Below are positions 29,887 through 38,926 of a stretch of 64,000 nucleotides of DNA, in pieces. The DNA is from Bacilli bacterium (GTDB lineage Bacteria > Bacillota_I > Bacilli_A > RFN20 > CAG-826), in contig JAVWAV010000002.1 of assembly GCA_036649855.1 (NCBI GenBank), forward strand, positions 3,186 through 67,185. Direction: 5' to 3'. The translations under genes and the position numbers were made by a program. The notes under the pieces were generated by a model, which was not told where the DNA came from, did no database searches, and was given only the letters and a program-made list of their open reading frames with translations. Positions within the stretch are counted from its first letter, which is position 1; every line of letters begins with the position of its first letter.

Positions 29887-32434
29887 TGGATATAGTTTGT
29901 TCTTTAGAGCCTATTATGCAACTGCATATCGTGGTGAAGATACAATTCTTAAAACATCAAACAATACACCAATTAATGCTATATTTACATTTGGAAAAAT
30001 GGTTTTACCATTAATAAAATCCCTTAATGAAAATGACTCAATTTGTGTTGCTCTTGATACTGGCGGAAAAACTTTTAGACACGATATTATGCCAGAATAT
30101 AAAGGCCAACGAAATGAAACTCCAGAATCTCTTATCGTTCAAATGCCGATATTACGTGAATTTTTAGATGCATTAAACATACCTCACGTTGAAATGATTG
30201 GATATGAAGCCGATGATGTGGCAGGAAGTGTCGCTTATTTTGCTAAAAAAGAGGGATATAGTGTCGAACTTTACACTTCAGATAAAGACTATTTACAATT
30301 AGTTGATACCAATGTTAACGTTTGTCTAATAAAAAAAGGCATGAGTGATATTCAAAAGATTACTACTGATAATTTTTATGAAACATTCAACTTTTATCCA
30401 AATCAATTAATTGATTATAAAGGTTTAAGAGGAGATTCTTCTGATAATCTTAAAGGAATCCCAGGTATCGGAGAAAAAACTGCAATTGATTTATTAAACA
30501 AATATAAATCAATTGAAGATATTTATGAACATATCGATGAATTAAAAGGCAAAATGAAAGATAATTTACTTGAATACAAAACTACCGGTCTTTTATGCAA
30601 AGAAATGGCAACAATTGTTCAAGATTTAAAATTGCCTCGTAACACCGAAGGCTTTTTATACGAAGGATATAACGTTCAAGACGCCATTTCTTTTATAAAT
30701 AAATATGAATTAAAATCGCTTGGAAACGATCTTACTAAAATCAAAAGTGTCAAACAAGAATATGATGCTGATAATGAAATTCGTTACGAAATTGTTGAAC
30801 ATATTCCTCAATATAAATCAAATTGTTTTGGTATCGCTATTGATTACGTTGGCATTAATTATCACCTTTCAACAATTAACGGTTTTGCCATATATTTAGA
30901 TAAAAAAAGTATATATATTAAAGCAGAAGATGCTTTAAAAGACGAAAATTTTATTTCTTTATTAAGTTCTTCATCTTCTTCTATTTGTTGCTATGACTAT
31001 AAAGAAATAAAATATCAATTAAATAAACTTAATGTCGAAATTGCAAGTCCTGTAATTGATTTATCAATAGCAAGATATTTATTAAATTCTAATATAATAG
31101 CTGATACGCAATCGACATTTATGTTTTTTAAAAAACAAATTGATACTGAAAAAGATACAATCTATACAGCACTTCAAATTGCAAAATATTCATATACATT
31201 AAAAAACGATGTCTTAGAGCAATTAAAAGCTATAGATGCTTTAGAATTATATACAAAAATGGAACTTCCATTAGCTAGTGTATTAAGTGATATTGAATTA
31301 GAAGGTTTTCCGCTTCATAAGGAAGAATTGGAAGAATTACGTATTATAATTGAAGAAAAAAAAGACAAATTAGAACAAGAAATTTATAAAAGAATTGGCT
31401 ATGAATTCAATATTTCTTCTCCTACCCAAGTTGGAAAAGTTCTATTCGATGATTTGCAATTAAATGATACAAAAAAACCAACTACTTCTGTTGAATATTT
31501 AAAGCACATAAGTTATAAAGATCCAGTAATTCAACTTATTTTAGACTATAGGAAATATGCAAAAATTATATCAACTTATATCAATGGATTAGAAAATCAA
31601 ATTTATGAAGACGATAAAATACATTGTATTTATAATCAAACATTAACCACTACTGGTAGATTGAGTTCATCTGAACCTAATATGCAAAATATTTCAATTC
31701 GTGATGACGAGGCAAAAATGGTAAGAAAAGCATTTTATTACAAAAATAATGATTATGTTATTTTATCATATGACTATTCACAAATAGAATTACGTTTATT
31801 AGCACATATGTCTAAATGTAAAAAATTACTTGAAGCATTTAATAATAATGAAGATATTCACACATCGACTGCTAAAAATATTTTTAAAGATGTTGAAATA
31901 ACTCCTAATTTAAGAAGAAAAGCAAAAGCTGTCAATTTTGGAATCATCTATGGTATTTCAGATTATGGTTTAAAAGAACAAATTGATTGTACAATGGGTG
32001 AAGCTAAAGAAATTATTAAAAAGTTTTATGAGGTATACCCAGAAATCCATCAATATTCAAATAAATTAGTTAAGGATTTAGAAGAAAATTTATATGTTTC
32101 AACTCTTTTTAATCGTCGCAGATATATTGAAGAAATCAATGATTCAAATTTTAACAAGAGAGAATTTGCTAAAAGAGCTGCAATGAACGCACCAATTCAA
32201 GGTTCTGCAGCTGATCTTATTAAAATGGCAATGATTAAAATACACGATTTATTAAAATCATATGATTCAAAAATAATATGTCAAATCCACGATGAATTGA
32301 TTTTTAAAATAAATATTAAAGAAATTGATATATTATCTACTAAAATAAGTGATATTATGGAAAATGTTATTTCATTAGACGTTAAATTAAAAGTTGATGG
32401 AGGATATGCCACTAGTTGGTATGATATTAAATAA
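29861..32434 (+). CDS. polA: DNA polymerase I
   Basis: 5'-3' exonuclease N-terminus (IIIDGYSLFFRAYYA) and Pol A motifs (DYSQIELRLLAH, motif C QIHDELIF). The track start 29831 lies inside the dnaE 3' end; the ATG at 29861 has AAGAGG at 6 nt. Confidence 0.9.
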   Translation: MMKKIIIIDGYSLFFRAYYATAYRGEDTILKTSNNTPINAIFTFGKMVLPLIKSLNENDSICVALDTGGKTFRHDIMPEYKGQRNETPESLIVQMPILREFLDALNIPHVEMIGYEADDVAGSVAYFAKKEGYSVELYTSDKDYLQLVDTNVNVCLIKKGMSDIQKITTDNFYETFNFYPNQLIDYKGLRGDSSDNLKGIPGIGEKTAIDLLNKYKSIEDIYEHIDELKGKMKDNLLEYKTTGLLCKEMATIVQDLKLPRNTEGFLYEGYNVQDAISFINKYELKSLGNDLTKIKSVKQEYDADNEIRYEIVEHIPQYKSNCFGIAIDYVGINYHLSTINGFAIYLDKKSIYIKAEDALKDENFISLLSSSSSSICCYDYKEIKYQLNKLNVEIASPVIDLSIARYLLNSNIIADTQSTFMFFKKQIDTEKDTIYTALQIAKYSYTLKNDVLEQLKAIDALELYTKMELPLASVLSDIELEGFPLHKEELEELRIIIEEKKDKLEQEIYKRIGYEFNISSPTQVGKVLFDDLQLNDTKKPTTSVEYLKHISYKDPVIQLILDYRKYAKIISTYINGLENQIYEDDKIHCIYNQTLTTTGRLSSSEPNMQNISIRDDEAKMVRKAFYYKNNDYVILSYDYSQIELRLLAHMSKCKKLLEAFNNNEDIHTSTAKNIFKDVEITPNLRRKAKAVNFGIIYGISDYGLKEQIDCTMGEAKEIIKKFYEVYPEIHQYSNKLVKDLEENLYVSTLFNRRRYIEEINDSNFNKREFAKRAAMNAPIQGSAADLIKMAMIKIHDLLKSYDSKIICQIHDELIFKINIKEIDILSTKISDIMENVISLDVKLKVDGGYATSWYDIK

Positions 32435-32436
32435 AT

Positions 32437-33828
32437 ATGCCAGAATTACCTGAAGTTGAAACAGTTGTAGGCATTCTAAAACCTTTACTTATAAATAAGA
32501 AAATAATTAATGTTAAAATCTTCTATGAAAGAATGATTTTATCTGATTTAAACGACTTTAAAACAAAACTTAAAAACCAAACATTTTTAAATATCACTCG
32601 CAAAGGAAAGTTTATAATTTTTCATCTTAGCAATAATTTGGTACTAATTTCTCACCTTCGTATGGAAGGAAAATATGCAATTAAGAGAATTAATGAAAGT
32701 AATCCACTTCATACACATATCGAACTAACACTTGATAATGATGAAAAACTGCTATATTACGATACAAGAAAATTTGGAATTATGAAATTAACAACTGAGG
32801 AAGAATATCTTATAACAAAACCAATTTCTGAATTGGGAATCGAACCAATGGATGTTAATGAAATCAATATTTTGCAAATTTATAAAAAACTAAATTGTAA
32901 AAAACCAATTAAAGAACTTCTTCTAGACCAATCGATTATGTGTGGAATTGGCAATATTTATGCTGATGAAATTTGCTATGCCACTCATCTTAATCCTTTC
33001 ACTCTTGGAAACACATTATCCAGATTAAAATATGACGAAATAATTAAACAAGCATCATCTATTCTTAAACAAGCAATCAAAAATGGCGGCTCAACAATAA
33101 AATCTTATCATCCTTCAGAAGGAGTTGATGGACGTTTTCAAACTTTGTTACACGCTTATGGAAAAGCTGGAACACCGTGTCCAATTTGTGGAACAATTTT
33201 CCATAAAACTACATTAGGTGGACGTGGAACTACATTTTGTCCAAATTGTCAAAAAGATCAATCATTATGTAAAGCCATTGCAATAACAGGACCGATTGGA
33301 TCTGGCAAATCACTTGCTTTAAGTGCTTTTAAAGAACATGGTTATGAAATCTTGGATTGTGATCAGATTGTTAGAGAAATATATAAAGATCCAGAGTGTA
33401 TTAAAAAAGTAGTTAAAATATTAGGTTCTAACATTCTAGAAGATGAAAAATTAAATACTAAAAAAATGCGTTCATTAATTGAACAAAATGAAATCTTACA
33501 ACAAAAATTAGAGCTCTATGTTTTTCCTCTTGTGGAACAAGTCCTTATTAATAAAATAAAAAACAACGATAAAATCGTTGTTGAGATTCAATTTTTGGCT
33601 AAATCACATCTAAATTACTTATTTAAGCATGTTATTTTATTAGAAGCAAAAAATGAAAAATTACTAGAACATATCCTTCCAAGAAACTATAAAAATCCTC
33701 AGGCTGCAATTGATTTGTATTTCAAAAACAATACAATTAATAGTTGTGAAAGCGATATAATAATTCAAAATAATGGTACAAAAGAAGAATTTTTAGAAAA
33801 AATAAATAGTGTTATTAATAAATTTTAA
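32437..33828 (+). CDS. Fusion ORF: formamidopyrimidine-DNA glycosylase (Fpg/MutM, about aa 1-272) joined in frame to dephospho-CoA kinase (CoaE, about aa 278-463)
   Basis: N-terminus PELPEVETV, an H2TH region and zinc finger CPICG...CPNCQ. This is followed directly by AIAITGPIGSGKS (CoaE P-loop) and a CoaE-like C-terminus, with no stop codon or start codon between them. Confidence 0.75.
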   Translation: MPELPEVETVVGILKPLLINKKIINVKIFYERMILSDLNDFKTKLKNQTFLNITRKGKFIIFHLSNNLVLISHLRMEGKYAIKRINESNPLHTHIELTLDNDEKLLYYDTRKFGIMKLTTEEEYLITKPISELGIEPMDVNEINILQIYKKLNCKKPIKELLLDQSIMCGIGNIYADEICYATHLNPFTLGNTLSRLKYDEIIKQASSILKQAIKNGGSTIKSYHPSEGVDGRFQTLLHAYGKAGTPCPICGTIFHKTTLGGRGTTFCPNCQKDQSLCKAIAITGPIGSGKSLALSAFKEHGYEILDCDQIVREIYKDPECIKKVVKILGSNILEDEKLNTKKMRSLIEQNEILQQKLELYVFPLVEQVLINKIKNNDKIVVEIQFLAKSHLNYLFKHVILLEAKNEKLLEHILPRNYKNPQAAIDLYFKNNTINSCESDIIIQNNGTKEEFLEKINSVINKF

Positions 33829-34726
33829 TGTTGCTGCTTATATTATAAAAAGAGTAGTTATTTGCAAATAATGACTTTATTTGTTGAGCTCTAACTCCAC
33901 TTGCAGAAGATTTTGTGACCATTAATTTAACAAAATTATCTAATGAAATTTCGCTTATCACAATTGTCATTTTATGAGTTCTAATTCTCTCATTTATTAA
34001 TGGAAAAAGAATATTGTCACGTATAAAATCGGAAAAGTAACATGAAGAAATTTTGTTTAAAACAAGAACATCGACATTTATGTATTTATTAAAGAGTTCA
34101 TTAAATTTATTTTTATTTGAAAAAATAAGATCATTTAATTCGGAGATTCTTAAGAATGCATCTAAATAAATGCCGGTAAGATTATATTTTAAAATATATG
34201 ATTTAAAGAAAACAGAAGTAATAAAAGTTCCGCCTTGATGAGATGGTGCTTCAATAAAATAAAAATCATCACCACTATTTTTGACAATTTTATTGGTTAA
34301 AGCTAAAACTAATGGATTTCTAACTGAGTTAACATCTATGTCAGTCCATGATTTTTCGTTATAGGAAGGATCGTAATCTGCTGATATAATTAGAGAATTT
34401 TCTTTTTCTTTAAATGCGTATAAATCGCAATATTCATACACAAAATCTAGAACGCCATTATTAGAAATAGGTATTCTTTTAAAGAATTTATTACCCAAAC
34501 TACAGTGTCCAATGCCTTTGCAATTCTTGCATATTTTAGACTCATCATAATAATCTTGGATTTTAATAATGTTATTTTTAATATCAATATCTGTTAAACC
34601 AAATTTTAGTAATTTTTCAAAAAAGTCACGATCTGCAGTGATTTCAGCATATATTTTTTCTTTTTGGAGTTCTAAATCTATTTTATAATTAGATTCTGGC
34701 ATCTTAATTTTTACAATATCACTCAT
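33815..34726 (-). CDS. DnaI-like helicase-loader homolog with a degenerate AAA+ ATPase
   Basis: 303 aa. Its start overlaps the stop of the upstream 422-aa ORF (ATGA coupling), as in Firmicute dnaB-dnaI. N-terminal Cys/His cluster CKNCKGIGHC. The Walker A position reads APSHQGGT (no Lys) and the Walker B position reads VLVLNKIS (no Asp-Asp). Confidence 0.45.
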   Translation of the reverse strand: MSDIVKIKMPESNYKIDLELQKEKIYAEITADRDFFEKLLKFGLTDIDIKNNIIKIQDYYDESKICKNCKGIGHCSLGNKFFKRIPISNNGVLDFVYEYCDLYAFKEKENSLIISADYDPSYNEKSWTDIDVNSVRNPLVLALTNKIVKNSGDDFYFIEAPSHQGGTFITSVFFKSYILKYNLTGIYLDAFLRISELNDLIFSNKNKFNELFNKYINVDVLVLNKISSCYFSDFIRDNILFPLINERIRTHKMTIVISEISLDNFVKLMVTKSSASGVRAQQIKSLFANNYSFYNISSNIKIY

Positions 34727-35991
34727 TTAGTAGCTTCCTCCATCATCTTTTTGAGATCTTCATTACTAATTACTTTCTCATCAGGTTGTTGAGAAACATT
34801 TTCTTTTTCGTTTGCATTAATATCTGGTTTTTGTTTTTCTTCAGTTTTAGGTGTTTGTTTATTATTTTTCTGTAAAAACATAACTGTATCCATTGCAGTT
34901 AAAAAACCATTTCTAGCAATTGATGCTCCAATCTTTTCACATAAATTTTTGTTTAATATATTATCATTATTACTTAATACATAGTCTACGAGTGCATTAA
35001 TCGGACCATTTGCCAGTCCTAAATTATTAGTAAGAGTATAAATAACATTCATATCGCTTCGAACAGGAGAAATATTATTTTGTTTTAATTTAAGATATTG
35101 ATAAGGAGTTGAATTTTCCATGAGTTTTATTTTTTGCGCAACTCTAGAGTTAGAAGAAATGCGTTTTTGATCTGGTTTTGCAGTCATTCTTTTGCCAATC
35201 ATTCCAAAGGCTTGAGCATCAAAACAATTTTTTGCAAGCAATGATAAATCAATTTTAAAGCCAACAGCATTAACGTTATTAAATGATTTAATGACGAATT
35301 TAGCCATCATTTCTTCGTTATAACCATATAAATTTCCTAAAGCTGATACTTGTTTCATTTCATCAACAGAAATTTCGGTTTTATTAATCATTCCAAGTTC
35401 CATTAATTTCTTAAAGAACATTTCCTCATCAAAAATATATTTTATTTGTCCGCTTTTCTTTTCTAAAATTAGATCATTTTTTTCATCAAATTCAATGTTC
35501 ACGGAGTCAAAATCAAGAGAAAATGCATCTTGAAAACTAGATGAAATGTTTTGATAATTTGTTAAATCTATATTTTTTAAATATCTTCTTTTAATTAATT
35601 GATATTTCTTTTCTCCGACATAACTGCAATACAGTCTTTTTAGTACTTCATCATTAAAAAATTCACGTGGAGAACATGGCGGAAATAATAAGATTTTGAA
35701 TTTTAACGTTAAACCAGTATTTACCACCCATGTCTGCATAAGTCCCAATGCTTCTAACGGCTTTTTAAATTCATTAAAGGTAGATCTTGCAACATTAATT
35801 GTTTCAAAAATTTCAATAAATTTAATACTTTCTCCGCTTCTAGTCATTGCTAATGATCTAAGCAAATAATAAAGAGTTGATGATTGAACACCCACTAGTG
35901 GCAAATATAAATCATTAAATATTGTTAAATCAAAATCTGAAATATTTGATTTGGCATATATTTCAAAAGTACAGCTTGCTGTTAATTCCAT
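34723..35991 (-). CDS. Putative DnaB/DnaD-family replication initiation / membrane attachment protein
   Basis: 422 aa ORF translationally coupled to the dnaI-like gene. The assignment rests on operon position and size only. Confidence 0.35.
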   Translation of the reverse strand: MELTASCTFEIYAKSNISDFDLTIFNDLYLPLVGVQSSTLYYLLRSLAMTRSGESIKFIEIFETINVARSTFNEFKKPLEALGLMQTWVVNTGLTLKFKILLFPPCSPREFFNDEVLKRLYCSYVGEKKYQLIKRRYLKNIDLTNYQNISSSFQDAFSLDFDSVNIEFDEKNDLILEKKSGQIKYIFDEEMFFKKLMELGMINKTEISVDEMKQVSALGNLYGYNEEMMAKFVIKSFNNVNAVGFKIDLSLLAKNCFDAQAFGMIGKRMTAKPDQKRISSNSRVAQKIKLMENSTPYQYLKLKQNNISPVRSDMNVIYTLTNNLGLANGPINALVDYVLSNNDNILNKNLCEKIGASIARNGFLTAMDTVMFLQKNNKQTPKTEEKQKPDINANEKENVSQQPDEKVISNEDLKKMMEEATK

Positions 35992-36202
35992 ATAAATAAT
36001 ATAACATATACACTAAAATTTGTCTTATGTATTTAATAGAATTTTACTTTAAATTTTAAAATTATCTATTTTTGAATATTTTGTTTAAGCGTTAAAAATT
36101 AATCCTATAAAATAGGCTGGTTTTTCTCTTAATTTTTCAAATTTATAAATACTTTTATTTGATTAAATGCTAAGATAGTAGTGTATAAAATGGAGGAGAT
36201 TT

Positions 36203-37162
36203 ATGAGTATTAAAATTGGTATCTTAACATCTGGTGGCGATTCCCCAGGAATGAATGCAGCAATTAGAGCTGTTACTTACGCTGCAATTAATAAAGGCTT
36301 CGAAGTATTTGCAATTTTTGATGGTTATAAAGGCCTTTTAGATAAAAATATTAAACAATTAAATAAGGAATTCGTTGATGAAATATCATCACGTGGTGGC
36401 ACAATAATTAGAACAGCACGTTTACCTGAATTTAAAAACCTTGAAGTTAGACAACAAGCAGCTTTAAATTTAAAAGAATTTGGTATTAACGCCCTTGTAG
36501 TAATTGGTGGAGACGGCTCATATCGAGGAGCACTAGGATTAAGTGATTTAGGAATTTGCTGTGTAGCAATTCCTGGAACAATTGATAACGATATCGCCTC
36601 AAGCGATTTCACAATTGGATTTGATACTTCTTTAAATACAATTGTGAACGCGATTGATCAAATAAAAGATACAGGCAGATCTCACTCAAGATGTATGGTA
36701 GTTGAAGTAATGGGAAATGAATGCGACGATCTCTCGATCTATTCTTCTATTGCTGAAGGCGCCGATGTCTTAGTTTCACGAAATCATATGCTGTCTTCTT
36801 CTGAAGTTTGCAAAATTTTGAAATCAAAAAAAGAAAATGGTCAAAATTTTGCACTCGTTATAGTCTCTGAAAAACTAATTGATGTAAATGCTTTAGTTGC
36901 TGATATTTCAAAGAATACTGGCTGGGACACACGCTTAACAGTTCTTGGTCACATTCAAAGAGGTGGAACTCCAACCGCAATGGAAAGAGTAAATGCTACA
37001 AGAATGGGCTATTACGCAGTTAACTTAATAAGTGATGGAATTACAGGTGTTTGTGTCGGATTAAAAGATAACAAAATTATACATCGTAATATTACCGAAG
37101 CTCTTACCTTTAAAAATGAATCTTCTACAGAATTATTAGATATTGTCGATCATATTAATTAA
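36203..37162 (+). CDS. pfkA: ATP-dependent 6-phosphofructokinase
   Basis: GILTSGGDSPGMNAAIRAV, GGDGS and MGR motifs. GGAGGA ribosome-binding site. Confidence 0.9.
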   Translation: MSIKIGILTSGGDSPGMNAAIRAVTYAAINKGFEVFAIFDGYKGLLDKNIKQLNKEFVDEISSRGGTIIRTARLPEFKNLEVRQQAALNLKEFGINALVVIGGDGSYRGALGLSDLGICCVAIPGTIDNDIASSDFTIGFDTSLNTIVNAIDQIKDTGRSHSRCMVVEVMGNECDDLSIYSSIAEGADVLVSRNHMLSSSEVCKILKSKKENGQNFALVIVSEKLIDVNALVADISKNTGWDTRLTVLGHIQRGGTPTAMERVNATRMGYYAVNLISDGITGVCVGLKDNKIIHRNITEALTFKNESSTELLDIVDHIN

Positions 37163-37178
37163 TAAGGATGGTAAAAAT

Positions 37179-38633
37179 ATGTTCAATACAACAAAAAATA
37201 CTAAAATTGTATGTACGATTGGCCCAGCTAGCGACAACTACGAAACTTTAACAAAATTAGTACACGCTGGCATGGCTTGCATGAGAATTAATTTCTCACA
37301 CGGTTCCTATGATGAACATGCTAGAAAAATAGCCTTGCTTCATCGCGTTGAAGCAGATGAAAAAGTATGTATTCCAATAATACTTGACACCAAAGGCCCT
37401 GAAATTAGAACTCATTGTTTCTCAAACGGTTCTGCAACAATTCTTGATAAATCAATTATTAGAGTTGCTATGAAAGAAGTTTTAGGCACTGCAGAAAAAT
37501 TTAGTGTAACATTTGATATGTTATATGATGATTTAAAAGTTGGAGATTATATTAAACTTGATGATGGAAAACTTTCTTTAATTGTTAAAGAAAAAGATGA
37601 CAAAAATAAAGAATTAATTTGTGAAGCTCAAAATACCCACACTATTAAAGATAGACGTGGTGTTAATATTCCAGGTGTTCACTTATCAATGCCATTTATT
37701 TCAGAAAAAGATCGTAACGATTTAATCTTCGGCTGCGAGCAAGATGTTGACTTTATTGCTGCTTCTTTTATTAGAAGTCCTGAAGATGTTCTTGAAATTA
37801 GAAAAATATTAACTGATAATGGCCATCCAAATATTAAAATTATCTCAAAAATCGAAAATCAAGAATCTTTAAAAGTAATTGACGAAATCATTAATGTTTC
37901 TGATGCAATCATGGTTGCACGTGGAGATTTAGGAGTTGAAATTCCTGCTGAAGATGTTCCAATAGTTCAACGTACACTTATTAAAAAATGTCGTGATGCT
38001 GGTAAACCAGTCATAACTGCCACTCAAATGTTAGATTCCATGGTTTCAAATCCAAATCCAACTAGAGCAGAAGTAAGTGATGTAGCAACAGCCGTAAATG
38101 AATCTTCTGACTGTGTTATGCTGAGCGGAGAAACTGCCAGTGGATTATATCCAGTTGAAGCAGTTCAAATGCAAGCAAAAATCGCAGCCAAAATGGAAAA
38201 ATATCTCGATTATGAAAAATTAGCACAAGAAGCCTACGAAACATCATTAAAGAATAACAATGATGCTATTGCAAATTCAATCGCTAATACTGCTCTTCTT
38301 ATCGGTGCAAAATTAATTGTTTGTTTTACAGAAACTGGAAATACCGCTATGAGAATTTCAAAAGCAAGACCATGCTGTCCAATTGTTACAATTACAAAAT
38401 CTAAAAAAACAGCAAATCTTTGTGGTTTATATTGGGGTGTTTACGCTACTTATATTCGTTCACCACAAATGCCAAACTTTATTGAAGAAATGGAAGTTCT
38501 TGCCGTTCTTAAATCATTAGATTATAAGATACCTGCTGGATCTCCTGTGATTGTTGCAGGTGGAACACCAACCGGTAGTGGCAACACAAACTTTATGAGA
38601 ATTGTCTACGCACCAACATTAAAAGACATTTAA
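37179..38633 (+). CDS. pyk: Pyruvate kinase
   Basis: TKIVCTIGPAS and MVARGDLGVEIP motifs. The track start 37143 is a TTG inside pfkA. The ATG at 37179 follows AAGGATGG, giving the pfkA-pyk operon. Confidence 0.9.
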   Translation: MFNTTKNTKIVCTIGPASDNYETLTKLVHAGMACMRINFSHGSYDEHARKIALLHRVEADEKVCIPIILDTKGPEIRTHCFSNGSATILDKSIIRVAMKEVLGTAEKFSVTFDMLYDDLKVGDYIKLDDGKLSLIVKEKDDKNKELICEAQNTHTIKDRRGVNIPGVHLSMPFISEKDRNDLIFGCEQDVDFIAASFIRSPEDVLEIRKILTDNGHPNIKIISKIENQESLKVIDEIINVSDAIMVARGDLGVEIPAEDVPIVQRTLIKKCRDAGKPVITATQMLDSMVSNPNPTRAEVSDVATAVNESSDCVMLSGETASGLYPVEAVQMQAKIAAKMEKYLDYEKLAQEAYETSLKNNNDAIANSIANTALLIGAKLIVCFTETGNTAMRISKARPCCPIVTITKSKKTANLCGLYWGVYATYIRSPQMPNFIEEMEVLAVLKSLDYKIPAGSPVIVAGGTPTGSGNTNFMRIVYAPTLKDI

Positions 38634-38654
38634 TAATATAACAACGCTTTTTTG

Positions 38655-38682
38655 TTGTAATGAATAATTAATATACTATAAT
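38655..38682 (+). promoter_or_regulatory. Putative sigma-A promoter for thrS: TTGTAA -16- TATAAT
   Basis: -35 at 38655-38660, -10 at 38677-38682. Confidence 0.5.
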
Positions 38683-38689
38683 AATATTG

Positions 38690-38902
38690 CGAAGATAAAG
38701 ACACGTCTATTAAGTGAAATTTATAGAGAAGGAACGGTTGGTGAAAGTTCTTAATGAATCTTATTAGAAACTACTTTGGAGCATTTCTACAAAACTAGAA
38801 CGTTTGCAGCGTTAATGCATAATTAAGTGTCAGCTATATTGCTGAAATTAAGGTGGTAACACGGTAATGCGCCCTTATGTTTTTTAAACATAAGGGTTTT
38901 TT
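38690..38902 (+). promoter_or_regulatory. T-box riboswitch leader of thrS (Thr, specifier ACU)
   Basis: AG-box and GGTGAAAG, candidate specifier ACU-A (38770-72), T-box core AATTAAGGTGGTAACACGG (38846-64). Terminator CCCTTATG...CATAAGGG plus T6 (38872-38902). Confidence 0.7.
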
Positions 38903-38926
38903 AATAAAATCAAAAAGGAGAAAATT

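Noticed and set aside
36159-36189. Candidate pfkA promoter TTGATT ... TATAAA
   Set aside because: The spacer would be 19 nt, and the implied transcription start would fall inside the ribosome-binding site. The real promoter is probably further upstream, so this is not called.
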